DNA of 64,000 nt from positions 4,592 to 68,591 of the IMG/VR virus record IMGVR_UViG_3300027969_000086, one strand, 5' to 3'. The DNA is from a virus. The position numbers and the translations under genes were made by a program. Below, piece by piece: positions 10,201-19,126 of the stretch. Each line of letters begins with the position of its first letter. The stretch's first letter is position 1. Under the pieces are notes generated by a model. It was given only the letters and a program-made list of their open reading frames with translations. It was not told the DNA's origin and made no database searches.

Positions 10201-13200
10201 GCAGCTTTAGATACAATAGTGCATTTTGCCGCAGAGACAGTGGTTACTTGGTAGATGCAGCATACTACGATGCAGCGTTTGGCTCTAACTTCTGGGCAGT
10301 GCAAAACGGACTGTCTTATCTACGCAGTCAAGCAGGTGAAGTAACAGCTAACCAACTTGACCAAGAGATTGGTTCAATTAATTATATTAAAGGTCGAGTA
10401 GCTGCATCAGTGGCCAGCGATGCAACAGCAGTATCAAGAGCCAACGCTGCTTATGTTGAAATTGTTGATATCATCGAAAACGGAGTAGCCAATGCTGATG
10501 CATTAGTCTACACCAGTACAGGCACAGCTAACTTTACCAACGCTAGAGCACAATTGGTTACCAACCGTGCATTCATTATCAGTACTATGGTAACATGGCT
10601 AACTGCTAACGTTCCTGGATATGTTGCCCTATCAGCAGCTAAAAAATTACTTTGCCAGCGTGACCTAGGCTACGCAATTGATGCATTGGCCTACGATGTT
10701 AACTACGGTGGCAACATTGCTACCCGTAACTTCTGTCGCTCATTGTTCAATAACATCACAGGCGTTGGAATTGAATCAGTTAACAGCGGAACTACTTACA
10801 CACAACTAGGTGTAATCACAGCGCAGATTGTTCGTGAAACTTATGCTGGTCAAGATACCAGCGGTACAGCAGCAAGTGCTACTGAGGCAACACGCATGAC
10901 AACATTGTGCGGCAATATTTCCACAGTGGCCACAGCAGGTAACCTAAGTGGATTAGTTGCAGAAAGCCTTCCAAGCATTACTTGGGCATCAGCTGGTATT
11001 CAAACAGCTCTAGGTACTCTTGCAACTGACAAAACTGATATTGTTAAGGATACGCTACAATATATCTCTGACAACTACAGCGATTTTACTTACAATCATG
11101 CTAAAGCAGAAAGAGATGCAACAATTGTATTGAAAGCAGTTGGATATGACTTCATGTTCAACACAAATTATCAATCAATTAAAGCAGCGCATGCCTACCT
11201 AAGACTAACTGCTTCTGAGTTGTTTGATCAATCAACAATTATCAAACAAGTGACTCTTGCATCATTAGAATATACACGCACTCAAGCAATTGCCAATGTT
11301 GGAAGTAATGCAACAGCTATTGCTAGAATCAATACTCTAATGGACGATGTCTACGCTATTGTCTACAGTGGAAGTAGAGAAGGTGACATGTGTCAAACTG
11401 TTGAAAGAAACAAAGACTATGCTGCACTACAACTAGAACGCAACAGAGATTTTATTGTTGCTGAAGTTAGTGCATACATTGCAGACACATATACCGATAC
11501 AGTTACAGCAGCCACAGCCGCAACTGATGTATTCACTTGCAGCGATACAAGTTGGATGAAGAGAAATGTTGCTGTAAGATTTACTGGAACAACATTTGGT
11601 GGCGTAACTGCTGGAACAACATACTATATACAAGATGTTGTGAGTTCTACAACATTCAAAATTGCAACTACACGAAACACTGCAACAGCATTAGATATTT
11701 CAGCTAATGCTAGCGGTTCAATGACTGTGGCATTGTATTATAATACTGAATTGTGTGCAAGAGATGTTGGAACATACATTGACGCATTGAAGTGGGATTT
11801 AAAATACACTTCAAATTACAAATCTATGTTTGTTGCACGATACTATGCAAATGCAGTAACAGGCAGTCAAGAAGAAGACATGTACTATCTACGCAACGGC
11901 ACTGGTCTTCGTAATATGACATTGCGAGGTCTAGAAGGAGATCTAACACCTCCTAACGCATACGGTACAAGTCGTGTAACCTCAGGAGCATATGCAAGTT
12001 TGGATCCAGGTTGGGGCCCAGCAGACTTCCGCACATGGATTACTGCTCGTTCACCATACATTCAGAACTGTGCTACATTTGGTAATGCTGCGATTGGTCA
12101 AAAGATCGACGGCTCTTTACACAATGGTGGTAACAAGTCCTTTGTATCCAACGACTTCACACAATTGATCAGTGATGGTATTGGCGCATGGGTTACAAAT
12201 AATGCTAGAGCAGAACTTGTTTCGGTATTCTCGTATTATTCACACATTGGTTACCTGTCAGAAAACGGTGGTCGTATTCGTGGTACCAACGGCAACAACA
12301 GTTATGGTGACTTTGGATCTGTAGCAGAAGGTTTTGACGCAACTGAAACAACCAAGACAGCGATTGTTGACAATAGATATCAATACAAATCAGTAGTTGG
12401 TACAGTGACCACCGACAGTGATGCAATTTATAGATACGAATTTGACCATGCTGGTAACGAATATACTGAAGCAGCTTGGTTATTGATTGGCCCAGGTAAC
12501 AACGCCATAGCTTATCAAGATGAATTCCGTGACGATGCGGTATATCAAGTGCGTATGATTGACAACGTTGATGATAGTACAGCAGCGCCCGAAGCTGACG
12601 GAAATCAAGGTGGCTTTGGTTATGTAACAAATACAGGTACTGCGCAAAACGGATCTTCTACTACTATTACACTGTCAGCCACCGACAACCAACTAAGCAC
12701 AGCTTATATTGGAATGGTACTGCATATCACTTCAGGTAATGGTATTGGTCAATATGCAATTATCAACACCTACGATGCTGGTACTAAAATTGCAGCAGTA
12801 ATTAAAGAAACAACAGGTGCAGGTGGTTGGGATCACCAAGTACCTGGAACAACAATTGTTTCTCCTGACTCTTCAAGTTCATACTTAATTGAACCAAGAA
12901 TCAGTTTTACAAGCCCTACATACTCTGCGGCAGCTACAACATTGCCAACCAGCGGTGCATGGACAGCCGTTGCATACGGAAACACTGCAACTACCTATAC
13001 CAGCGTTACTGGAACCTATTCTGGAGCTGGTCTAAGTGCTAGTTTTATGGTGGTTAGAAACGGTAGCAAATATCAAGTAACAGTACAGGCCGGTGGAACT
13101 GGTTACACAAGACTTGAAACTATTACAATTCTTGGTACAAGTGTTGGAGGCCTAGCACCGACCAACAATATCACAGTTACAATAACCAGCGTAAACTCAG

Positions 13201-15122
13201 TAACTGGAGCAATTCAAGCAGTTGATTTTGAAGGTTACGGACTCGGCGGTAGATTTGTTGCCGTAAGAAGCGGTAGCATTATTGGAGCAACCAGTGAAGA
13301 TGGAACAAGTTGGACCACAAGAACTAGTTTGATGCCAAGCGGAGCAGCATGGAAGGCCCTGGCATTTGGACAGTTTGAAGATGGATCGTCTGTAAATCGC
13401 AGTACTAGATTTGTTGCAGTAGCAGGAACTAGTGCAAATACAACTGGTGCATATTCTGAAGACGGTATAACATGGTCATCATCAACTATGGTAACCAGCG
13501 CGACCTGGGTTGATGTGGCCTACGGTGAAGGCAGATTTGTAGCAATTGCCAGCGACACTACCACTGTTAGAATCAGCTTAGACGGCGAAACCTGGGATCT
13601 AACAGGTGCATTACCTGCAACAGGATTCACTGCAATTACCTACGGTATGGGATTGTTTGTTGCTGTTAAGTCAGGCGGAACAGCAGCCGCAAGTTCAGTT
13701 GATGGTGTTACATGGATTTCTAGAACATTGCCAAGTAGCAGTGCATGGAATGCTGTATCATGGGGCAATGGTAGATTCGTAGCAATTTCCAACACCGCAG
13801 GATCTACAGTAGCAGCCTACAGCTTAAACGGAACTAGTTGGACTGCAAGTACATTGCCAGCTTCTGCAACTTGGACAAAAATTGCCTACGGTCAAGGTAT
13901 GTTCTACGCAGTTAGTACAACTACACAGGCTGCAAGCAGCCCAGACGGTGTACATTGGACTTCAAGAACCACAGGCGCAGCCGCAAGCGGATTTGCTGCC
14001 ATTACGCATGGTAACCCGCAGCGAATAGGATCATTTGCTGCTGTTGGTGCCGGTACTGGTACTGTAGCAGGTCAAGTATTCTGTGGCGCTACAACAAAGG
14101 CTCGTGCATATGTTTCAAGTGAGAAAATTGCAATAATTCGTATTGTTGAACCAGGATCTGGTTACGCCAGCGCACCAACAATTACAATCACAGACCCTAA
14201 CAACATCTATGAAGCACCAACCACAGTAAGATTAGGTGACGGAGTATTGGCTAACCCATCGTTTGTTAACCGTGGTACTGGGTATCAAACATGTAGTGCT
14301 GAAATTGATACAGGAGACGGCTATGCTGACTTCTTCCAAGACGGTGCATATGTTGCTGTTAGAAGAATTAGTTCAAGACCAGCACCTGGTGCTAACTTGG
14401 TATTTGCAGGCAGCGATATAACCTACAAAGTTGTTAGCGTGGTCAGCTTTAGAGGCGAATACGACGGTGCATATACTGCGTTCTTCCAAGTAAGTCCAAT
14501 TCTAAAAGTTTCAGACAATCTTGCAAATGGAACAGCAATCACAACTAGAATTCGATACAGTCAAGTTCGATTAACTGGACACGACTTCTTAGACATTGGG
14601 ACAGGCGGAGTTGGGACAACAAATTACCCTGACCATCCTACGCAGGCCCCAGTCCAGGCAAACGAGGCAGTTGAAAGCAACGGTGGACGAGTGTTCTTTA
14701 CATCAACGGACCAAGACGGTAACTTCCGAGTCGGCGACTTGTTTACTATTGAACAGTCAACTGGTATTGCTACATTGAATGCTGATGCATTTAATATTTC
14801 AGGACTGCAAGAACTTAGCTTGGGCAACTTGTCACTAGGCGGAGCAAGTGCAGCGATTACTGAATTCTCAACAGATCCGTTCTTTACAGCGGACAGCGAT
14901 TCGGTAGTACCGACACAACGAGCTATTAAAGCCTACATTGCTAGCCAAATTGGCGGCGGCGGTGCGAGCTTGATTGTTAACAGCGTAACAGCTGGCGACA
15001 TTTTGATAGGAACAAACCAAATTACTAACGTGACAGGTGGAACTATCAACTTTAATGCAACAGTAAACTTCACCGGCGGCCTAACTGGCTCGCCACTTGC
15101 ATTAAGCTATTTCTTAAACTAA
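7209..15122 (+). CDS. Giant virion structural/tail fibre-like protein (2637 aa), paralog of 1713..7163
   Basis: Same domain order and shared motifs (MA.FK..R.R..WK, SLDPGWGP, GHDFLDIGTG, VPTQRAIK.Y), plus extra helical C-x-R-D repeats; GGAG RBS. Confidence 0.75.
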   Translation: MAEFKLGRIRFVWKSDWATGTTYYKDDVVKYGGKVFICITGHAASADFYTDLDAIPSKWNQLSDGFTWENDWAVGTTYKTNDMVKYGGRLYVCRIPHTSAATLASGLEADLNLADSTLSKWDNVADGIDWKGTWTVSTRYKVNDVVKYGGINYICNTYHTSAASISLGLETDLGKWDVFNRGIEYRDAWTALTRYRVNDVVKYGGTLYICTLLHTSTSNFGVDINNWSSFVEGLQFENTWSSATSYQPGDIVRYGGNQYVATTVNLAAVPSTSTANWDLFSKGFSFTTDWSNATSYKVGEVVRLNGYTYLCILDHSGQTPPSATYWTRLNSGVLWKGEWANSTAYYLGDAVRYMSNVYICVQNHTSNDDDSTTFTDSTRSPSGDTEGVYWNIFNVGNEYAVMTNPGDMVYYNGDQGPARLPIGIEGQVLKVTSSGNPDWDYLGVVDQNYYVGNHGVDLPAPIHGRTSDKPWKTVRYALEQIEKGPRNPAAQRLLEMNRVFIQREVTEWIARQIISNASPFTTSFVYDEFKCERDVGFVVDRIIHDIGHGGNLKTLAAALSYINALDGGILFATAFDENGTGTYSRLAEQKDEDVAAYNYMLTVIGNVLNNQAPQVNYQVLNGDNSTAIVPQFIDADLVAETGVLATITDLVGIVTTALTDGNTTNLPDRTVPASLLNVKTGSYSETLPMIVPTDVCVLGDEKRAVTVSAAGSLIDISDAYYTVDTFNHVQSIVEDIVTGTTITRTTGNSLDQSINAPFSDATQATVTGRLVKLMKQQADFKLGTMHLASLTDPTGYNVSYLAGYGNARKLIKENKKFFQEEVVAYMVATYPTLSYGKVKTRRDAGYIVDAVIYDLTYGGNALSVKAGLAYYDGDDNTQPQLPTSIKAPTLAALAFLKDRLQAIAVNTPVTPLQTTVVQFRGTAGAAGTATFVGARLDEIITIINTGPSAVGTTVTLTDPTPANGVNSTTALISAYSTLSSANETIVTNVVDYLNTNFGSFRYNSAFCRRDSGYLVDAAYYDAAFGSNFWAVQNGLSYLRSQAGEVTANQLDQEIGSINYIKGRVAASVASDATAVSRANAAYVEIVDIIENGVANADALVYTSTGTANFTNARAQLVTNRAFIISTMVTWLTANVPGYVALSAAKKLLCQRDLGYAIDALAYDVNYGGNIATRNFCRSLFNNITGVGIESVNSGTTYTQLGVITAQIVRETYAGQDTSGTAASATEATRMTTLCGNISTVATAGNLSGLVAESLPSITWASAGIQTALGTLATDKTDIVKDTLQYISDNYSDFTYNHAKAERDATIVLKAVGYDFMFNTNYQSIKAAHAYLRLTASELFDQSTIIKQVTLASLEYTRTQAIANVGSNATAIARINTLMDDVYAIVYSGSREGDMCQTVERNKDYAALQLERNRDFIVAEVSAYIADTYTDTVTAATAATDVFTCSDTSWMKRNVAVRFTGTTFGGVTAGTTYYIQDVVSSTTFKIATTRNTATALDISANASGSMTVALYYNTELCARDVGTYIDALKWDLKYTSNYKSMFVARYYANAVTGSQEEDMYYLRNGTGLRNMTLRGLEGDLTPPNAYGTSRVTSGAYASLDPGWGPADFRTWITARSPYIQNCATFGNAAIGQKIDGSLHNGGNKSFVSNDFTQLISDGIGAWVTNNARAELVSVFSYYSHIGYLSENGGRIRGTNGNNSYGDFGSVAEGFDATETTKTAIVDNRYQYKSVVGTVTTDSDAIYRYEFDHAGNEYTEAAWLLIGPGNNAIAYQDEFRDDAVYQVRMIDNVDDSTAAPEADGNQGGFGYVTNTGTAQNGSSTTITLSATDNQLSTAYIGMVLHITSGNGIGQYAIINTYDAGTKIAAVIKETTGAGGWDHQVPGTTIVSPDSSSSYLIEPRISFTSPTYSAAATTLPTSGAWTAVAYGNTATTYTSVTGTYSGAGLSASFMVVRNGSKYQVTVQAGGTGYTRLETITILGTSVGGLAPTNNITVTITSVNSVTGAIQAVDFEGYGLGGRFVAVRSGSIIGATSEDGTSWTTRTSLMPSGAAWKALAFGQFEDGSSVNRSTRFVAVAGTSANTTGAYSEDGITWSSSTMVTSATWVDVAYGEGRFVAIASDTTTVRISLDGETWDLTGALPATGFTAITYGMGLFVAVKSGGTAAASSVDGVTWISRTLPSSSAWNAVSWGNGRFVAISNTAGSTVAAYSLNGTSWTASTLPASATWTKIAYGQGMFYAVSTTTQAASSPDGVHWTSRTTGAAASGFAAITHGNPQRIGSFAAVGAGTGTVAGQVFCGATTKARAYVSSEKIAIIRIVEPGSGYASAPTITITDPNNIYEAPTTVRLGDGVLANPSFVNRGTGYQTCSAEIDTGDGYADFFQDGAYVAVRRISSRPAPGANLVFAGSDITYKVVSVVSFRGEYDGAYTAFFQVSPILKVSDNLANGTAITTRIRYSQVRLTGHDFLDIGTGGVGTTNYPDHPTQAPVQANEAVESNGGRVFFTSTDQDGNFRVGDLFTIEQSTGIATLNADAFNISGLQELSLGNLSLGGASAAITEFSTDPFFTADSDSVVPTQRAIKAYIASQIGGGGASLIVNSVTAGDILIGTNQITNVTGGTINFNATVNFTGGLTGSPLALSYFLN

Positions 15123-15141
15123 ATACATTGGAGAAAACATT

Positions 15142-15462
15142 ATGGCAACAGGAAGATTAGGAATTCAGGACTGCGCAGCAACAACAAACTATTCTGTGTA
15201 CACAGTACCAGTAGGTTATTTTGCAGTGGTGTCTGTTTCGTTATGTAACAGAGGTGCAACATCCTCTAACGTTAGAATTTCAGTTAGTAGTGCGGCAACA
15301 CCTGCTACTGGCGAATATCTAGAATACGATTCAGAATTGGTAGCAAACGGTGTTCTAGAAAGAACAGGCATTGTTATGGACGCTGGCAAGATTCTAGTAG
15401 TACGCTCAAGCGCAGCAAGCGTTAGCGCAGTTGTAATGGGTATCGAAACCTCAACAGCTTAA
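15142..15462 (+). CDS. Small virion protein (106 aa)
   Basis: GGAG RBS, upstream ACTAAATA late-type box; similar to 989..1321. Confidence 0.6.
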   Translation: MATGRLGIQDCAATTNYSVYTVPVGYFAVVSVSLCNRGATSSNVRISVSSAATPATGEYLEYDSELVANGVLERTGIVMDAGKILVVRSSAASVSAVVMGIETSTA

Positions 15463-15477
15463 TTTAAGGAATAAATC

Positions 15478-16410
15478 ATGGGAAGAACCGTACGTAATGG
15501 TGTAGGAGGGCAGGCTGGATTTGGTAAGGTTACCATCGGCGCTAGTACCATTTCAACAACACAAGCCAACACCGACCTTACCATTGATCCTAACGGAACA
15601 GGTATTGTTAGAATTACCAACGACATGTTGCTGACAGCAGCTGGTGAACTGCGACTAGCAGACACTGACTCGTCAAACTGGGTTGGTTTCAAAAGTCCAG
15701 GGACCGTTGCAGCCAACAAAGTCTGGACACTGCCTGCTGCTGACGGTTCTGCTAACCAAGTATTAAAAACTGACGGCAGTGCAGCTCTAGGTTGGGCTGC
15801 AATTGCAGTTGCACTTGGAGATGAAACTGCTTCAGCATCCACTCATTATCCCTTGTTGCAGACTGCAACCAGCGGAACTGCCGCAACACTATACGCATCA
15901 AGTACAAAACTAGCCTTTCAGCCAAGCACTGGTACAATGACATTTCCTATTCTAACAGGAAGTACAGGCTCTGGAGCAAACCTTGTGCTGAGAAGCACAA
16001 GCAATGCTACAAAAGGACAAGTCTACATTGACGAAACCACAGTAAGCTCAAGTGTAACTACAGGTGCTTTGCGTGTTGGCGGTGGCGTTGGTATCAGTGG
16101 CACATTGTATGTGGCCAGTCTAGTTGAAACATCAAGTATTGCTATCAAAGAAAATATCAATCCTATCAGTGATGCACTAGATAAAATCATGCAGTTGACT
16201 GGTTACACCTATGATAGAACAGATATCAAAACAAAAAATGAAGCAGGATTTATTGCTGAATATGTCAATGACATTTTGCCCGGTATTGTAAACAAAGATG
16301 AAAATGGTCAAGCCAACGGTATTCAGTATTCAAAATTAACTGCCTACTTGGTTGAAGCAATCAAAACACTCAATCAAGAAGTTAAAGAATTAAAAGCAAA
16401 ACTAGGATAA
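15478..16410 (+). CDS. Tail fibre protein with C-terminal intramolecular chaperone (peptidase S74) domain
   Basis: ETSS..IKENI.PI.DALDKI..L.GYTYD...GFIAE.V...Y.KL.AYLVEAIK followed by a terminal coiled coil. Confidence 0.8.
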   Translation: MGRTVRNGVGGQAGFGKVTIGASTISTTQANTDLTIDPNGTGIVRITNDMLLTAAGELRLADTDSSNWVGFKSPGTVAANKVWTLPAADGSANQVLKTDGSAALGWAAIAVALGDETASASTHYPLLQTATSGTAATLYASSTKLAFQPSTGTMTFPILTGSTGSGANLVLRSTSNATKGQVYIDETTVSSSVTTGALRVGGGVGISGTLYVASLVETSSIAIKENINPISDALDKIMQLTGYTYDRTDIKTKNEAGFIAEYVNDILPGIVNKDENGQANGIQYSKLTAYLVEAIKTLNQEVKELKAKLG

Positions 16411-16414
16411 AAAG

Positions 16415-17224
16415 ATGGCGATATTACAGAATACCAGTTTTAGAGGAACAACGAACACGTTGCAACTGCCTTCTGGAACCACAGCCCAACGCCCAGCAAG
16501 TCCTATAGAAGGCATGATTCGTTTCAATTCCACAATAGGAATAAACGAAGTGTTCATGAACAATGCTTGGGAAAACATGACATCTCCCATAGCCAACACA
16601 AAATGTTATCTTCCGTTGTTTGGAACAGCCGACGGAGACATCACTGACACAACCAGCGGTGTTGTAGGAACATTAAGTGGCGGCACAAGAAATTATCTGC
16701 AAAGCGGATACAATGGACTTAGACTCGAATCTGATGCTTACCTAGATATCATGACCACAGAGCTTAGAAAACTAGACGGTAACCCTTTTTGGACCATTGA
16801 ATTCTGGTTGTACAAAACCGGCGGCGTTGGCAGCTCAGCAGAAACCATGGTTGAACTATGTCACTACACTCGTGGATTGCTATATAGAGCAAACGACAGT
16901 GACGGAACCAACAACTATTGGAGAGGTACATCTATTAACTTAGGTACAACTACTAGTAACGCATGGGTTCATCATGCTGTAGTTGGCTATGGAGCAAACA
17001 TCAAAGTATTTAAAAACGGAACACAGGTAGCCGACACCATGAATGCCGTGGGAGTTTCAAGATTTGCTGATCCGATAACCACAGGTGGACATGATTTGTG
17101 TCGCATCGGCCGTTCAAGTCACACTAGTGGTCAGTATACCAACGGAACATTTAGAAAATTCAAGGTAAGTAACAGCGCAAGATATCTAGCAAACTTTACT
17201 TCATCTTCAGTATATCCTTTATAA
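16415..17224 (+). CDS. Fibre-associated protein with concanavalin A/LamG-like domain
   Basis: WTIEFWLY, W.H.AVV, KVFKNG, FKVSNSARY..NFT motifs; N-terminal LQLPSGTTAQRP..GMIRFN module. Confidence 0.7.
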   Translation: MAILQNTSFRGTTNTLQLPSGTTAQRPASPIEGMIRFNSTIGINEVFMNNAWENMTSPIANTKCYLPLFGTADGDITDTTSGVVGTLSGGTRNYLQSGYNGLRLESDAYLDIMTTELRKLDGNPFWTIEFWLYKTGGVGSSAETMVELCHYTRGLLYRANDSDGTNNYWRGTSINLGTTTSNAWVHHAVVGYGANIKVFKNGTQVADTMNAVGVSRFADPITTGGHDLCRIGRSSHTSGQYTNGTFRKFKVSNSARYLANFTSSSVYPL

Positions 17225-17236
17225 GGTAAGAAATAA

Positions 17237-19126
17237 ATGGCGATTTTACAAAGTACAACAATTGGAGGAACTGGTTATCTACAACTACCAGTTGGAACCA
17301 GTGCCGCCCGCCCAACAGAGCCAGCTTGGACTGTAGTATCGTTGACCGCAACAGGCAGCGGTAACTGGACAGTTCCAGCAGGCGTTACACAAGTCGATGT
17401 ACTTGTAGTTGGTGGTGGTGGTGGTGGTGGCTGCTGGGTAGGTGGTGGTGGTGGTGGTGGTGGCGTTCTTTATCGTGAAGGCTACGCGGTTACAGCAGGC
17501 AGCACCATAGCATATACAGTAGGTGTAGGCGGAACTGGTGAATATAATCCGGGAGGCTACAGTGGGATGCCTAGAGCAACCAACGGTGGTGCATCAACCT
17601 TTGGTGCTATTACAGCACTAGGTGGCGGCCGTGGCGGCAGCTGGGACACATATCCTGCAACAACAGGAGCTAGTGGCGGTGGTAACGGATATTCAACGGT
17701 TGGCGCAGCCGGCACAGCTGGACAGGGATTTCGAGGCGGTACAGGACGAGGTGATAGCACTAACGGCTACCCAACAGGTGGTGGCGGTGGTGCAGGCGGC
17801 CCCGGCGGTAATTGGCGTGAAGCAGGAAGTGGGGAACTTACCACAGGGCCTTGGGGTCAAAATGGTAAAAGTGGAGACGGTGGTCCTGGACTAGGATTTA
17901 ACATTTCCGGCACAATGACCTTTTATGGTGGTGGTGGTGGTGGTGGCATCCACGGAAGTAGCAGTGATGCCCGTCCGGGATTTGGTGGTATCGGTGGCGG
18001 TGGTGACGGCAATGGCCCGTCAACAACACTAGCAGCACATCAAACTGCACGAGCAAACAGCGGTGGCGGTGGAGGTGGCGGTGGCAACGGTGGTGGATCA
18101 CCTAGTTATGGTGGCGCGGGCGGCAGTGGTGTTATTATCATTAGATACACTACAGGCGACGCAGTTAACCTAAGACAAGGCGCAATCCGCTTAAACACAC
18201 AAAAAGGACTTGAGTTCTATCGCGGTGAAGGCCGCTGGTTGAACTTGTCGATGCCATTCCCATACAGAACAGTTATTACCACTGGTTATATGGCCGGTGG
18301 ATATAAAGATTCAAGTCCGTGGAACAACGTTAATAGAATTTATCATTCAACAGATGTATCGGTTAACCTAGGCGACGGCGCAATTGCAAGAACCTTTAAC
18401 TATCAAAGCGGCTCCTGCGGTCTAAACATTGGCTACATATGGGGCAGCGGAAACGGCCATGCGGTAGCAAGTAATTATGTACAAGGGTTTAACATGCGAA
18501 CTGAAACTGCATATAATCCGCCGATTACTGCGTTGACCAACAATAGATACAACTCTGGTACAATATTCAACGAACATTATTTTTCTTTCACTTCGGGCGG
18601 CGGGGCAGCTGAAATTGAAGAATACAATTTGACCAACGAAGTCAAACAAACTTCCCCAGCAGGCGGCTTTTCCTCTACAGGTCAATGGGGTATGAGTCAC
18701 GAAACCTACGGTACTTGGTATTGGGAAGAAGATTCAAGAAACTTCCACTATGCTGCAAGAACAGTTACAGCACAATTTGGCGGACAGCCTAGTGCATACC
18801 ATCAACAGAAATCTGTACAAAGTAAATACTCAAATAACTATGCAGGTAACGAAGGCAGCTATAACGGTGGATACAATCTTCGTAGAACCAATATGTATAC
18901 TAGAACAAGTAGCGGTACTGTGGCCAAACCTAGAACCAACAACGGAGAAGAAAACTATAGCTTAGGGCAAGACTGGCAATACCTACTAGGCGAATATAAT
19001 GGCGCTCAAAACAACAATAGTTGGAAGTTCTATTATTCAACCGAATCTGGTTTTGCTGGCAGCAGCAGCATGGAGCCAAAAGGGCATGCCGGCTCAAGTT
19101 CTGGCGTTTGCTTCTGGAGATCATAA
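17237..19126 (+). CDS. Glycine-rich domain plus C-terminal propeller-like virion protein (629 aa)
   Basis: WTVPAGVT.VDVLVVGGGGGG...GGSGVIIIRY glycine-rich domain; C-terminal repeats beginning GYMAGGY. Confidence 0.7.
   Translation: MAILQSTTIGGTGYLQLPVGTSAARPTEPAWTVVSLTATGSGNWTVPAGVTQVDVLVVGGGGGGGCWVGGGGGGGGVLYREGYAVTAGSTIAYTVGVGGTGEYNPGGYSGMPRATNGGASTFGAITALGGGRGGSWDTYPATTGASGGGNGYSTVGAAGTAGQGFRGGTGRGDSTNGYPTGGGGGAGGPGGNWREAGSGELTTGPWGQNGKSGDGGPGLGFNISGTMTFYGGGGGGGIHGSSSDARPGFGGIGGGGDGNGPSTTLAAHQTARANSGGGGGGGGNGGGSPSYGGAGGSGVIIIRYTTGDAVNLRQGAIRLNTQKGLEFYRGEGRWLNLSMPFPYRTVITTGYMAGGYKDSSPWNNVNRIYHSTDVSVNLGDGAIARTFNYQSGSCGLNIGYIWGSGNGHAVASNYVQGFNMRTETAYNPPITALTNNRYNSGTIFNEHYFSFTSGGGAAEIEEYNLTNEVKQTSPAGGFSSTGQWGMSHETYGTWYWEEDSRNFHYAARTVTAQFGGQPSAYHQQKSVQSKYSNNYAGNEGSYNGGYNLRRTNMYTRTSSGTVAKPRTNNGEENYSLGQDWQYLLGEYNGAQNNNSWKFYYSTESGFAGSSSMEPKGHAGSSSGVCFWRS

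Noticed and set aside
1713-15122. Many short antisense and alternate-frame ORFs in the track, here and inside the sheath, terL and gp32 genes
   Set aside because: They are shadows of long, motif-bearing genes and have no RBS or recognisable motifs.
19021-19125. Track N-terminal extensions (also at 33749, 35645, 39822, 46351, 54412, 56665 and 35620)
   Set aside because: Downstream ATGs fit the RBS, stop-start coupling or promoter spacing better.
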